From Candidatus Eiseniibacteriota bacterium (GTDB lineage: Bacteria; Eisenbacteria; RBG-16-71-46; CAVPCR01), in assembly GCA_963823555.1 (NCBI GenBank), contig CAWGMA010000004.1:384001-448000 (forward strand): a DNA stretch of 64,000 bases. Direction: 5' to 3'. The position numbers were made by a program, and so were the translations under genes. Positions 42,496 through 53,101 of the stretch are shown here, piece by piece. The first letter of the stretch is position 1; each line of letters opens with the position of its first letter. The notes under the pieces are model-generated. The model was not told the origin of the DNA. It was given only the letters and a program-made list of their open reading frames with translations, and did not search any database.

Positions 42496-44099
42496 AACCA
42501 GCGCTCTCCGTGGCGGACCGTTTGTCTCCTGACCGCCCCGCATGGTCCTGCTGGATCGCGGCGAGCGCGTTGGCGCTCGCCGCGATCCTCGCCTCGCCCG
42601 TCGAGGCGCAGTTCCGCCTCCCCGGCGGATTCAGCGCCATCTACCAGACCGAGTACTCCTACGGGGAGTCGCAGATCGGGGGCGGGAGCGAAGGGGCGGC
42701 CTCGATCTTCGAGAACTGGCTCAATCTCGATTACACGCGGGGCGACTTCAACGCCGGCGTGCGTTTCGTCGCCTTTGCCCCGCCCGACCCGGTGATCTAT
42801 CCCGGAGGACCCAACAGCGCCGGGATCGACTTCGGCTTCGGCGAGTACGTGACCACCCGCGGTAGCCTGCGGGGCGGCAGCTTCTATGCGCTCTTCGGGC
42901 GCGGACTGGCGCTTCGCTCCTACGAGAACCGGCAACTCCGCGTCGATACCAACCTCCTCGGCGGAAAGGGCGTCTTGAGCCTCCCCGACGGCGAGGTGAG
43001 TGCCCTCATCGGAAGCTCGGTCGAGGGCAATGCCGAGGATGCCGATCGGGGGCGCACCGAGGCGCTCAGCGGAGTCGATTTCGAATACGGGATCCCGCTC
43101 GGGTTCCGTCCGGGCGTGAGCTTCGTCACGACGGATGTGCCCAGCCAGGGCACCGACCAGTACGAGCCGCAGCGGATGAAGGCCGCCCGTCTCGCCAATA
43201 CCGTGGCCGAGGTCGATCTCTACGCGGAGTTTGCTCGCGTCGACGGGCCCGCGACGCGGGCCGGGGCGACCGCCCCCAACGTCCACGGCCACGGGTTCTA
43301 CGGCGTGGCGGCCACGGCCATCGGTCGCCTCGGGCTCCTCGGGGAATACAAGGACTACGAGCGGCTGGTCTTCGAGAACGATGCAGGGATCGCTTACATC
43401 CTGCCGCCCGCCGGGCTGCGCGAGCATCAGTACAATCTCCTCAACCGGCACCCCCACCAGCTCGACACCCGCGACGAGGTGGGTTTCCAGGCCGAGGTGA
43501 CCTACAACACGGAAGCCATCACCGAGCGCGGCCAGAGCTCGTTCCTCTTCAACTGGGGCTACACGCGCAACCATGAACCGGAGGAGCAGCAAGGGAATCA
43601 CTTCGACGACGTCTACTTCGAGATCCAGCAGGAGCTCGGCGGCGACAAGCTCCTCGTCGGTGGACTCTCCTACCAGCGCAGCTTCGACTCGATCGAGACG
43701 CCCGACCCGCTCCTGACGCTGTGGACGCCGCTCGCCGATCTGCGCATGCCGATCGGAGAGCGGCATGGTCTCCATCTGCAGTACGAGCACCAGCACTCGA
43801 GCTCGGATCGGCTGGGGAGCTTCGATACCGAGTTCATCGTCATCGAGGGCAGCCGCAGTCCGAATCTGACCGCATCATTGCTCCTCGAGATCTCGAACAA
43901 GTCGGATGTCCAGCTCGAGCTCCAGGGCGAGGAAGAGACGACCTTCGTCGGCGGCGAGATCTCCTACACCCTCTTCGATCAGCACGAGCTCACGCTCTTC
44001 GTCGGATCGCGGAATGCCGGCTTTGTCTGTGTCGGCGGGGTGTGTCGCTACGAACCGGCGTTCGATGGGGCGGAACTGCGACTGGTCAGCCGCTTCTGA
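42492..44099 (+). CDS. DUF6029-like outer-membrane beta-barrel protein
   Basis: Signal peptide, FYALFGRGLALRSYE, alternating beta strands, and C-terminal GFVCVGGVCRYEPAF...RF ending in Phe. ATGA overlap with the TlpA gene. Confidence 0.75.
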   Translation: MKPALSVADRLSPDRPAWSCWIAASALALAAILASPVEAQFRLPGGFSAIYQTEYSYGESQIGGGSEGAASIFENWLNLDYTRGDFNAGVRFVAFAPPDPVIYPGGPNSAGIDFGFGEYVTTRGSLRGGSFYALFGRGLALRSYENRQLRVDTNLLGGKGVLSLPDGEVSALIGSSVEGNAEDADRGRTEALSGVDFEYGIPLGFRPGVSFVTTDVPSQGTDQYEPQRMKAARLANTVAEVDLYAEFARVDGPATRAGATAPNVHGHGFYGVAATAIGRLGLLGEYKDYERLVFENDAGIAYILPPAGLREHQYNLLNRHPHQLDTRDEVGFQAEVTYNTEAITERGQSSFLFNWGYTRNHEPEEQQGNHFDDVYFEIQQELGGDKLLVGGLSYQRSFDSIETPDPLLTLWTPLADLRMPIGERHGLHLQYEHQHSSSDRLGSFDTEFIVIEGSRSPNLTASLLLEISNKSDVQLELQGEEETTFVGGEISYTLFDQHELTLFVGSRNAGFVCVGGVCRYEPAFDGAELRLVSRF

Positions 44100-44384
44100 T
44101 CTGCATCCAGCGTCATCGCCGGTGCCTCAGTTTCGACTTGCTACCGCGGGTTTTTGCTGGTACATCGGAACCGGAAGTGGCCGGATAGCCCCGTCCGGCT
44201 GGTCGCCCGCCGGCCTGCCTGTGCCCCGTTCGCGGGCGACCCCTCAGACGCGCGCCGTCGCCTCGAGCGCTCGCGCGCGCGGGCAGCACTCGATCAGCAC
44301 GGGCGCCTGTATTCGCCCGTCTCGGCGCCGCAGCGGCGGCGCCGTGGGAACCACCATCCAAGTCCCTTGGCCAAGGAGGCCCCA

Positions 44385-45224
44385 GTGTTCCTCCTGCTCA
44401 TGCTCGTGAGCCTGACGGTGGCGATCTTGACCACCGCCCTCGTGATTGTCCTGTTCCGCGGTCCGATTGCCGGCATCCTCGGCCGGATCGTTGCCGAGCC
44501 GGTGGCCGCAGCCTGGCGGCGCTACCTGAGCTTCGCCCTGCTCGTCGTCGGCATCTCCTCCGGCGTGTCCATGTGGACGCTGGAGCGCCACTTCGAGGGT
44601 CCGGCCCGTCCCGATGCGGTGACGGCGCCGGGCGCCGTCGCCGCCGCCTTCGGGCCGACGACCCTCTCCACCGAGGCCTGGGTGTTCGAGGTCTACCGCA
44701 CCGTGCTCGGCTCGCTGCGCGGTCTCTCCGGGGCGCTGCTCCTCTTCTTCGGCATCGCCCTCGTCGTTTCCGGGATCCAGCGGGGTCTCGGCGATCGTGG
44801 CGGGAGTCCTGCGGGCGTGGCCGGGAGCGGCCGCGGCGACCGGGAACGAGGTCGCCCGCGCGGGTCGCAGGTCATCGCCGGCGGGAGAGCCGAGGGGCGC
44901 CGTCCGTCCGCCCAGGGTGGTTCCTCCTCAGGAAGGCGAGGCGGGGAAGGGCGCGGGCGCGACTCCGAGCCGCGCCGCGATCAGAGGGGAGGGGAGCCGC
45001 GGCGCGATCTGCGTTACGGCCGGACGGGGGATGGCCGGAGCGCGGACAACCGCTCCGGGAATGGTCGCACGAGCTTCAGCCGGGCCAGCAATGGCCGGAG
45101 CCAGGACAGCCGGGCGGACGACACCCACTCCACCGAAGGCGACCCTGGTCCCGCGGAAGCGCGTCCCGGTAACGGGGATCCGACACGCCGCGCGGTCTTC
45201 GAGCGCCGCCCGCTCGGGGGATAG
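44385..45224 (+). CDS. Three-TM membrane protein with disordered Arg/Gly-rich tail
   Basis: AAGGAGG then GTG. Three hydrophobic segments followed by a low-complexity C-terminus. Confidence 0.65.
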   Translation: MFLLLMLVSLTVAILTTALVIVLFRGPIAGILGRIVAEPVAAAWRRYLSFALLVVGISSGVSMWTLERHFEGPARPDAVTAPGAVAAAFGPTTLSTEAWVFEVYRTVLGSLRGLSGALLLFFGIALVVSGIQRGLGDRGGSPAGVAGSGRGDRERGRPRGSQVIAGGRAEGRRPSAQGGSSSGRRGGEGRGRDSEPRRDQRGGEPRRDLRYGRTGDGRSADNRSGNGRTSFSRASNGRSQDSRADDTHSTEGDPGPAEARPGNGDPTRRAVFERRPLGG

Positions 45225-45248
45225 GCCGGCGCCCGGGCAGCCCACCCG

Positions 45249-48200
45249 CTAACGCAGGAGAGCGATCTTGCCGGTGCGCACCTCGCCGGCAAAGTCGAGG
45301 CGGTAGAAGTAGATGCCGGAGGGCACTGCACTCCGGCTGCCGGTTGCCGGACCGCCGCCACCCAGGCGGGCGGAACCATCCCAGCTCACCTCATAGAATC
45401 CGGGCGACATCTCCGTGTCGACGAGCTCGGCCACGGCGCGCCCGGCCGCGTTGTAGACCACGAGCCGGACATGCCCGCGCGCCGGGAGGCCGAAGGGGAT
45501 CGTGGTGCGTCCGGCGGTGGGATTCGGGCGTCCGGGTCCGAGCACGAGCACCGCCGGGGCCGGTGCGTTCGTGGGCTCGACCCCCGTGGCTGCGTTCGGC
45601 GTCCCCGGGGTCGGCGGATGGAGCGGGAGGAAAGGTCGCGATTCGCCATCCGGCAGCCGGCCGAAGGAGATGTCGGGTAGCTGCGGCCCGAAGGTCACGG
45701 TGTCGATCACGGCGAAGGAGGCCGTCGCGTCCGCGAACAGGCCCACCCGTTCCCCGGTCGCCGACAGCCGGAAGTTGGCGTGGAACGGTCCCTGCCACGC
45801 ATCGTTGTCGCACCAGACGAGGAGGAAGTCGCCGGGGGCGAGCGTGGTGTCCGGGAACACGTACTTGTTCGGGATGGCGAAGTTGTCCGTCAGACAGAAC
45901 CCGAGGAGCGGGATCGGCAGGGTCCCGTTGTTGTAGATCTCCACCCAGTCATCGTACTCGCCGAATTCGTCGGTGTTGGTGGCGACGTTGTCGGCGAGGA
46001 ACTCGTTCACCACGACCTCGGGTGGAATGTAGGCCACCGTGTAGGCATGGGTCTCGAGCGGGGCGTCGCGCGGATCGGTGTAGGTCCGCCCATCCACGTC
46101 CTCGGCCCAGATGTAGTACGAGACGATGATCGGCGCCGGCTGAGCGGGGAGCTGGGCGGTGTAGATGTTGTCCCCGGCGATGGGATCGCCGCCCGTCCCG
46201 TCATCGGCCATCACGACCTCGGTAAACGTCGAGCCCGTGCCGTAGAAGCAGCTCGCCGCCGCCACCCCGGTGTCATCCAGGATCCGAGCCGTGACGAGCA
46301 CGGGTTCGTTGAGCCCGGGGGTCGCGGGTATGGTCTCGACCTGCGAGATCGCGGGCGGCAGGTTCCCCTGCGGCAGGTTCGCATCCCAGGGGGTCGGCGT
46401 TCCCATCAGCGTCCAGTTGTAGCCGCCGTCGGGGTAGCGGCCGTAGGACACGTCCTTGACCTGCCCGCCGAAGCTCTTCGAGTCGATCGGGTGATTGCCG
46501 TCCTGGTCCGGACCGAAGAGGCCGACCCACTCGCCCGTCTTCTCGAGAGCGAAGTTCGTGTGCGTGGGGCCCTGGAGCGTGTCCCTGTCGCACCAGAAGA
46601 GGATGTGCCCGCCGGGCGGCACGGTGGTGTCGGGGACCGCCCACTTGGTCGGCAGCGCGATGTCGTCCGTCAGGTAGTGGCCGGCGAGACTCACCGGCGA
46701 GGCGCCGAGGTTCACGAACTCGATCCAGTCTTCGTATTCGCCCATCTCGTCGGCGAGCACCGAGTCGTTGTCCGCCATGATCTCGTTCAGGAAGAAGGTC
46801 TGCGGCGGCATGTATTGCGGCGTGGGTGCACGCAGCGCGACATAGTCCTGGCGGAGAGGAATGTAGCCCTTGATCTCGGCCGCCCCGCCGTCGGTCCAGG
46901 TCGGATCCTCCCAGCCCCACTTCCTCCAGTCGAGGCGAGCGTCTCCCGCCATGCGGACGTGGGCCGCATCGATGACGGGGTCCATCCGGGCCGGCGCCAT
47001 GTCCTCCTCCATCATCTCGAGCAGACGCTCGTAGACGCGCCGGCGGACATGCGGTGAGTTGATCAGCCGTCTGATGAGTTCGTTGCTCAGTCCCCCCTCG
47101 TCCAGAGGGTTGTTGAAGTTGACATTCGACTCGTAGATCCCCAGGTGGCCGAAGGTCGTGTCCAGATCGTCGGGGAGATAGGTCCAGCGGCCGGTGACGA
47201 ATTCGTCGTGATAGAGATAGTAGTTGCGACAGAAGAAGCTGTCGTTGGAGAGAGCGATCATCGCGGCGTAATACTCGATGAACGACTCGATGTCGAAGAC
47301 CGGGGCGAGCACGTTGTAGATCTCGCTCGCCGGCGTGTTGTTGATGAGCTCGATGAACTGGATCAGATGGCCGTAGCCCGTGGACTCGTTGGTCTTCTTG
47401 GGATAGTAGATCTGGTAGAGGCTGTCCGCTGCGAGCGGCTTCAGGTCGGCACACTCGTCGCCGGGGCCTCCTTCCACCTCGTAGAGGCTGCCGCCGGTGT
47501 CGAAGCCATTCTCCCTGAGCCAGCGCCCGTCGACGTTCTCGACCGCGGTGTAGACTCCGAAGAACTCGCCGTTGACCCGGAGCTGGGCGTGCTTCGCATT
47601 GTATACGGGGATGCCCACGAGCTCGCAGAAGTCGGATCCGAGCTTCTCCCTGAGGAGCGTGCGCTCGCCGTGGGTCGAGTCGAGATTGAGCTCGGTCTGC
47701 CCATCCAGGAACTCCTGGCCGGCAATGAACTCATTGAACTTGATCTTCCAGGACTTCTTCGCCACCGAGCGCGAGGTGTTGCCCCGATACCGGACCCCGA
47801 CGTTGTTCCAGACCTGCCCGTTGTAAGTGAAGCTGGCCGGGTAGTAGTTGTCGAAGTTGACGTTCTGGTTCAGGAGCTTCCAGATGCCCGGATCGATCGT
47901 GATCCGGTAGGTGGGAAGGCTGGTCGCCGAGTCGAGCAGGACCTCCCCCGTGAGCGGGGTGCTGGCAGCGCTCGAGTTGCCCCAGACATCGGCGGCGATC
48001 ACCCGGTAGTGGTACGGCGGATGGGTTGGCAGGGCGGTCAGGTCCTCGTGTCGCGAGCGGCGGGCCAGGTTCGGGGTCAGACGCTGCCAGGGGCCGCTCA
48101 CGCTCTCAGCCCGCTCCACGTGATAGCCGGCGAGATCCTCTTCCATGTTGTCCTGCCAGTCGATGAGCACGCCGGCGTAGCTCGAGCGGACGATGACGCC

Positions 48201-48839
48201 GGCCGGTGTCGCCGGCGCTTCGGCATCCGGGGTGGCATCCCAGACCTCGATCGCGTTGAGCTGGATCAAGCCGAGGACCGGAGTCGCCGTGACGTTGAGC
48301 TGGCCGTCGTTCACCGTCACCGCAAACGGGTAGGTGACGGCATAGTGCCCGCCGGCCCTGGCATGGAGATCGAAGTCATCGAGGACGATCTGCCCTTCGA
48401 TGGCCAGATCGAAGATGTTGATCCCCGGCCCATGCGTCGGTAGGTCGGCGAAGTCGAGGCGGACGATGTAGGTCCCGTTCGGAACATCGAAACGGTACTC
48501 GTTCCAGTTCTCACGCGTCTTCATGAAGATCTGGGGATCGGGTGTGCCGCCGATCGGTTGCCAGGTTGACTGGTCGAAACCGCCGATGAAGCCCGCTCCG
48601 TTCTGTGCCGTGTAGGCGATGTCCGGGGTGAACGTGTCCCCGCGCGAGCTCACGAACACAGTATTCAGCTCGCCGCAGTTGATCCGCTTCTCGTAGGCGG
48701 ATGCCGCAGCCGGTTGCAGCGCCGTGGTGGCCAGGATCGCCAGCCACACAGCCATGGGGCCGAGTCGGGGCCCCGAGCCGCAGGCGTGACCGGGCTTCGG
48801 GGACGGGGCTGATCGCGGTGATAACCGGGAGCAAGGCAT
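45249..48839 (-). CDS. CotH-family kinase with malectin-like, FN3-like, two lamin-tail and FlgD-like domains
   Basis: GVRYRGNTSR...KKSWKIKF, NYYLY and DLDTTFG (CotH). LNEIMADN and VNEFLADN...DW(I/V)E (two LTDs). Start may be 48755. Confidence 0.85.
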   Translation of the reverse strand: MPCSRLSPRSAPSPKPGHACGSGPRLGPMAVWLAILATTALQPAAASAYEKRINCGELNTVFVSSRGDTFTPDIAYTAQNGAGFIGGFDQSTWQPIGGTPDPQIFMKTRENWNEYRFDVPNGTYIVRLDFADLPTHGPGINIFDLAIEGQIVLDDFDLHARAGGHYAVTYPFAVTVNDGQLNVTATPVLGLIQLNAIEVWDATPDAEAPATPAGVIVRSSYAGVLIDWQDNMEEDLAGYHVERAESVSGPWQRLTPNLARRSRHEDLTALPTHPPYHYRVIAADVWGNSSAASTPLTGEVLLDSATSLPTYRITIDPGIWKLLNQNVNFDNYYPASFTYNGQVWNNVGVRYRGNTSRSVAKKSWKIKFNEFIAGQEFLDGQTELNLDSTHGERTLLREKLGSDFCELVGIPVYNAKHAQLRVNGEFFGVYTAVENVDGRWLRENGFDTGGSLYEVEGGPGDECADLKPLAADSLYQIYYPKKTNESTGYGHLIQFIELINNTPASEIYNVLAPVFDIESFIEYYAAMIALSNDSFFCRNYYLYHDEFVTGRWTYLPDDLDTTFGHLGIYESNVNFNNPLDEGGLSNELIRRLINSPHVRRRVYERLLEMMEEDMAPARMDPVIDAAHVRMAGDARLDWRKWGWEDPTWTDGGAAEIKGYIPLRQDYVALRAPTPQYMPPQTFFLNEIMADNDSVLADEMGEYEDWIEFVNLGASPVSLAGHYLTDDIALPTKWAVPDTTVPPGGHILFWCDRDTLQGPTHTNFALEKTGEWVGLFGPDQDGNHPIDSKSFGGQVKDVSYGRYPDGGYNWTLMGTPTPWDANLPQGNLPPAISQVETIPATPGLNEPVLVTARILDDTGVAAASCFYGTGSTFTEVVMADDGTGGDPIAGDNIYTAQLPAQPAPIIVSYYIWAEDVDGRTYTDPRDAPLETHAYTVAYIPPEVVVNEFLADNVATNTDEFGEYDDWVEIYNNGTLPIPLLGFCLTDNFAIPNKYVFPDTTLAPGDFLLVWCDNDAWQGPFHANFRLSATGERVGLFADATASFAVIDTVTFGPQLPDISFGRLPDGESRPFLPLHPPTPGTPNAATGVEPTNAPAPAVLVLGPGRPNPTAGRTTIPFGLPARGHVRLVVYNAAGRAVAELVDTEMSPGFYEVSWDGSARLGGGGPATGSRSAVPSGIYFYRLDFAGEVRTGKIALLR

Positions 48840-49012
48840 CTAGAGTCCTCGGAATCGGCTGCCGATCGGCGATGGAGCCAAATCACCCAGCACGCCCGTG
48901 GCGGCGACCTCTGGACGCCTGGGTATGTTGCCATCCTCACCTGCGCCGGGGTGGGCGCCCGGAGGCAGGATCGAAATCGATGCGGGCTCGAGGGGGACCT
49001 GGAATGACCCCT

Positions 49013-51013
49013 CTATTCTAGCTCATCGGCCTTGTTCCGCCTAGGGGCACCCACTGCCGGGCGGGGCTGTACGATGCACGGCGTGTATTCCGGGTACATC
49101 CGAGCCAGGGCGCTGTCAGCGGCCGGGCCGCGGCTCAGGGCCACCACCCGTGGGCCATGGAAGTCCGGTGCGTTGAAGAAATAGGCGCTCGAGTAGTCCG
49201 GCCAGCGCGGCCCTTGAATGAAGGCCAGAGCGGGTGTCGGAGCCGCGGCAACCTGGCGCACGATATCGGGATCCACGCCGCGCAGGCCGCGGTACTCGAT
49301 GGCGACCTTGAGCGGCAGGTAGAGAACGAGGGCGCAACCCATGGAGAAGGCGATGGCGGTGCGAACCCTTCTCGCCATGTTCTGATCCGGCCACGATCTT
49401 TCGAGCCATGTGGCCAGCGCCTCGGCCCCGCGCCACGTGAAGATCATGAACCCCGGGATCAATCCCGCCAGGAAGCGCGGGCCGAGGACGACCCCGTGGT
49501 ACCAGTAGAGAGCGTAGAGCCCGAGCACGAACGCCGCATGAAGGAGCAGGAGCTCCTCGAGGCGGGTCTTCTTCACGGCAAACAGGAACAGGAGCGGGAG
49601 CATCAGCGAGCCCGCGGGCCATCCACCGAGGTGGCGGTTCAGCTGCTCGAGATTCAGACACAGATTCCACAGGGCTTCGATCGGGGTGTGCCCGGGGAGG
49701 GATGAATCCCAGGTGAGACCGCGGTCGGGACCGAACCCGAGCTGGTTGGCGCCCGGGAGGAAGTGGGTATCGAAGTAGCGGTTTACCGGCGGGACCAGCG
49801 GAGAGCCAGTGATGCGCGCCTGATCGGCGAGGAGGAGGAGGGCGCCCGCGGCCAGTCCGGCGCCGAGGATCAGGACCGCCCGCCCGCCGCGCCGTGCGGC
49901 GAGGACTGCTGACAGGCAGGCCAGAGCGAATGCCGCCGCCTCGATGGGGCGGGTGAGAACGAGAAGGGTGGCGGCCAGGATCAAGGCCAGGGCCAGGCTC
50001 AGGGAGGAGCCACGGCCTCGGGGCCCACCCGAGAGGGGGGCCGAGGCCATGCCGGAGAGCGAGGCAAAGCTCACGAGAGCGATCACCGTCCAGAGGAGCG
50101 CGGCGACATGCGCCATCAGGCTCCCGGCCAGGACCAGGAGGAAGGGACTCGTGGCGGCCAGCCAGGCGGGAAGGAGCGGCGAGATGAGCCTGCCACTCAT
50201 CTCCGGGAGACCGGCGGGCTCTCCGGCTCGGCCAAGCCGGGCCAGCCGAGCCGTATAGAGAACGATGAGTGCGGCTGCGATCGCGTTCACGATGCCCGGG
50301 AACCCGAGGCGCACCCCGAGGGCCAGGAGGAACGGCCATCCTGGCGGGAAGACCCCGTAGGTCCGGCTGGTCTCGATCTCGATCCACTCCGGAGCGGGGA
50401 AGGCCGCGGCCAGCGGCGGCGGCTCAGCGAACCGGCGCCCCGCCGCGAAGACCCGGGCATCGAAGAGATAGGCGACCTCATCCGGGATGTGGGGAGCCCA
50501 TCCGAAGGCGAATGCTGCCATCGCGAGAGCTCCGCCCGCGGTCAGGGCGGCAGCGAGGACGAGAGCCAGAGGCGCTGCCAGGCGGCGCGCCGGGCCTTCG
50601 CGGGCGGGAGCGAGGTGCGCGGCCGCGAACACGGTGAGGATCGCTCCCGCGAGGGGGGCGAGCAGGCTCGCGGCCACACGGTAGAACTCGGTCTGGTTCA
50701 GGTGATCGACCGGTACCGGGTGCACGGCGGCGAAGATCCAGACCAGCGCAGCGGCCGAGACCGTGATCGGCCGTCTCGAGTAGATATCTGCGATTAGGCG
50801 CTGTTTATTGCGATCGCCAAGAAGGCGACCCAGACCAAGGACAACGGTGGCGGCCAGGAGAGCCAGCGTGACGAGAGCCAGGGCGGCGCCCCAGGGCCGG
50901 GAGAAGGGAACGAGCGCCGGCAGGTCCGGTGCCGAGACCACGGCGGCCAAGGCGACGAGGAAGACCACGGCGCGGCCCGTGGTGGCGAGGTGTGTGGCGG
51001 CGGCATGACGCAT
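49013..51013 (-). CDS. Polytopic membrane protein, probable GT-C (ArnT/PMT-like) glycosyltransferase
   Basis: HIPDEVAYLF loop motif, FPPGWPFLLA, LTRP and GPRF, with more than ten hydrophobic segments. Confidence 0.65.
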   Translation of the reverse strand: MRHAAATHLATTGRAVVFLVALAAVVSAPDLPALVPFSRPWGAALALVTLALLAATVVLGLGRLLGDRNKQRLIADIYSRRPITVSAAALVWIFAAVHPVPVDHLNQTEFYRVAASLLAPLAGAILTVFAAAHLAPAREGPARRLAAPLALVLAAALTAGGALAMAAFAFGWAPHIPDEVAYLFDARVFAAGRRFAEPPPLAAAFPAPEWIEIETSRTYGVFPPGWPFLLALGVRLGFPGIVNAIAAALIVLYTARLARLGRAGEPAGLPEMSGRLISPLLPAWLAATSPFLLVLAGSLMAHVAALLWTVIALVSFASLSGMASAPLSGGPRGRGSSLSLALALILAATLLVLTRPIEAAAFALACLSAVLAARRGGRAVLILGAGLAAGALLLLADQARITGSPLVPPVNRYFDTHFLPGANQLGFGPDRGLTWDSSLPGHTPIEALWNLCLNLEQLNRHLGGWPAGSLMLPLLFLFAVKKTRLEELLLLHAAFVLGLYALYWYHGVVLGPRFLAGLIPGFMIFTWRGAEALATWLERSWPDQNMARRVRTAIAFSMGCALVLYLPLKVAIEYRGLRGVDPDIVRQVAAAPTPALAFIQGPRWPDYSSAYFFNAPDFHGPRVVALSRGPAADSALARMYPEYTPCIVQPRPAVGAPRRNKADELE

Positions 51014-51222
51014 GGTTTCGGTTGGTGGCGGCTGGCAAACGGCCGCCAGGATCCGCTTCCTCCTTCTGACCCGGCCCGATTCCGGATCGGAGGTCTGCTC
51101 CACGCTCGCGGGTCCGGCGGCGGGCGCGCCCGCTATACTGGCAGAGGACCCCGCCCCCCGGACCCACAGCGCCCGACACCTTAGCGGCATATCGCCCCTG
51201 CGGCCAGACGGAGTTCGGCATC

Positions 51223-52278
51223 ATGCTCCGCAGCCCGTTGATGGTGGTCCCATCCCCCCCAGCCGCCGGAAGGTGCAGAGCCCCCTGGCTCGTGTTCGCT
51301 CTGATCGTTCTCATCCCCCTCGCGTCGGAGCCCGCCCTTGCCGGAGAGCACCTGGTTTCCGACCCGGAAAGCCCGGGTGGGGGAGGATCCCGCGCGGTGC
51401 ACGAACCGGGAACGGGAGGTGGCGGCGAGCGGGGAGCCGAGGAACGCATTCTCTCCGCAGTCAATACGCCGGTACCGGGCCGGAGTCGGCTCGAGCGCTT
51501 GACCACCACAGTTCCTCCCGATGAGCTGACCTTCGGTATCGAGCGGGCTCTCGATCCCGGAGTGGTCAAGCGTTTCGGAGGTCCCGGGCTCGATCTCGAG
51601 GCCCTGCAGGCCGCGGTCAACCATGACCTCCGGAACGGGGGGCACCCGCACCTGACGCTGGTCATGGGCCTCGCCGTGCACGCCGGACTGAACCAGCTCC
51701 AGCGCTTGCCGCTCCCCGCTGTTCGTCTCGGTCCCGTGGGAGCGGGGTACGGTGTCGCCACCCGCTTGCCGCAGGCAACGGCTGGGTTCTATCTGGCTCC
51801 GGCCGCAAGCCCGGGCGGGCCGATGGCTCGCGGCGTGAGCATGAAGATCCGGGGGCCGGCCGTGCCGTTGCCGGCGGGACGCAACGAGGCCAGCAGGGTG
51901 GAGTTCGCCCTGACCGGGGAGCAGCGTCCGGATCCGATCCTTCCGGGCGAGTCGGCGAGCCTCAGGTTTACGCTACCGGTCCACCTCTCGGGGTGCCGGG
52001 TCGGCCTCAGCGGAGCGGCAACCCGGATCCGCTCCGGCGAGGTGCGGACTCACATCCTGGGACTGGGGCCCGCGGTCGCGGGCGGGCGCTTCACGTTCCA
52101 GGGTGAGCTTCGGCTGGTCGACCGGGGAGGGACCCGGTATCTGGATCTCAGTCTGCGCGCAGCGCGTCCGCCGTTCACGGTCGCGCTGCGCTGCTATCAG
52201 GATCCCGATCACGAATTGCCGCCGTCCTGCGACATTCGCTTCCAGGTGGCCAACGCCCTGCCGCGCCTCGGCCCGTGA
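51223..52278 (+). CDS. Hypothetical exported protein
   Basis: Long ORF filling the gap, with a signal-peptide-like segment. No recognisable motif. Confidence 0.45.
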   Translation: MLRSPLMVVPSPPAAGRCRAPWLVFALIVLIPLASEPALAGEHLVSDPESPGGGGSRAVHEPGTGGGGERGAEERILSAVNTPVPGRSRLERLTTTVPPDELTFGIERALDPGVVKRFGGPGLDLEALQAAVNHDLRNGGHPHLTLVMGLAVHAGLNQLQRLPLPAVRLGPVGAGYGVATRLPQATAGFYLAPAASPGGPMARGVSMKIRGPAVPLPAGRNEASRVEFALTGEQRPDPILPGESASLRFTLPVHLSGCRVGLSGAATRIRSGEVRTHILGLGPAVAGGRFTFQGELRLVDRGGTRYLDLSLRAARPPFTVALRCYQDPDHELPPSCDIRFQVANALPRLGP

Positions 52279-52384
52279 TCGGGTATTCTGCCCCGCGGCC
52301 CGGGTTGGGCCGGCCGCGGCATGGCGACCCTCGGGTCAGGACAGGATGCGACATCGTGTCACAACGCGAATGAGTGAATAGGCA

Positions 52385-53074
52385 ATGACCCGCCTCTATC
52401 TCGTGCGACATGGCAAGACAGCGGCGAACGAGTCGAGACGCGTGATGGGCCACGAGCCCGAGCCCCTGAGTGTCGCCGGACGGGAGGATGTGCGAGCGCT
52501 GGCCGGCTGGCTGTCGAATCAGGGTCCCTTCGCTGCGCTCGTCTCGAGCGAGATGGAGCGCGCGCGGGAAACCGCGGAGATCATCGCCGCCGTTCTCGGT
52601 CGCGAGTACGCCACCGAACCCGGCCTCAACGAGCCCGCGTTCGATGGCTGGATCGGGAAATCCGTGGAGCAGCTGGCGCGGGAGGACGCACGCTTCAAGC
52701 GCTATCTAGCAGATCCCACCGAGGTGCCCATCGAGGGCGAGCTCACCCTGCGTTCGCTCGTGGCGCGGGCCGTGCGCGCCATCCACCACCTGGCCCTGGC
52801 GCATCCGGGCGAGCCGATCCTGGCTGTGTCGCACGGCGACATCATCCGCGGCGTCATCGCTTCCTACATGGGGATCGCTCTCGAGAGGATATTCAGGCTG
52901 TGGATCGACACCGCCTCGGTGTCGGTGCTCGAGGTCGACTCCGGAGGCTCGGGCCGCCTTCGCCTCCTCAACTGGGTCCCGGCGGCGCCGGACCTCCGGC
53001 TACAGAGTCCGGGCGCCGAGTTCCGGACTGCCGTCGAGCCCGAGGCGCCCCTGCCGGCCCCGTCGAGCGACTAG
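52385..53074 (+). CDS. Histidine phosphatase (phosphoglycerate mutase family)
   Basis: LYLVRHG, SS...RARETA and VSHG. Confidence 0.9.
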   Translation: MTRLYLVRHGKTAANESRRVMGHEPEPLSVAGREDVRALAGWLSNQGPFAALVSSEMERARETAEIIAAVLGREYATEPGLNEPAFDGWIGKSVEQLAREDARFKRYLADPTEVPIEGELTLRSLVARAVRAIHHLALAHPGEPILAVSHGDIIRGVIASYMGIALERIFRLWIDTASVSVLEVDSGGSGRLRLLNWVPAAPDLRLQSPGAEFRTAVEPEAPLPAPSSD

Positions 53075-53101
53075 AGAGAGCGTCCGGGAGCCAGCGCTGG
53101 C

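Noticed and set aside
44780..45224. Arg/Gly/Ser-rich repeats (EPRRD twice, NGR repeats) as a repeat element
   Set aside because: This is the low-complexity coding tail of a membrane protein, with no regular DNA-level period.
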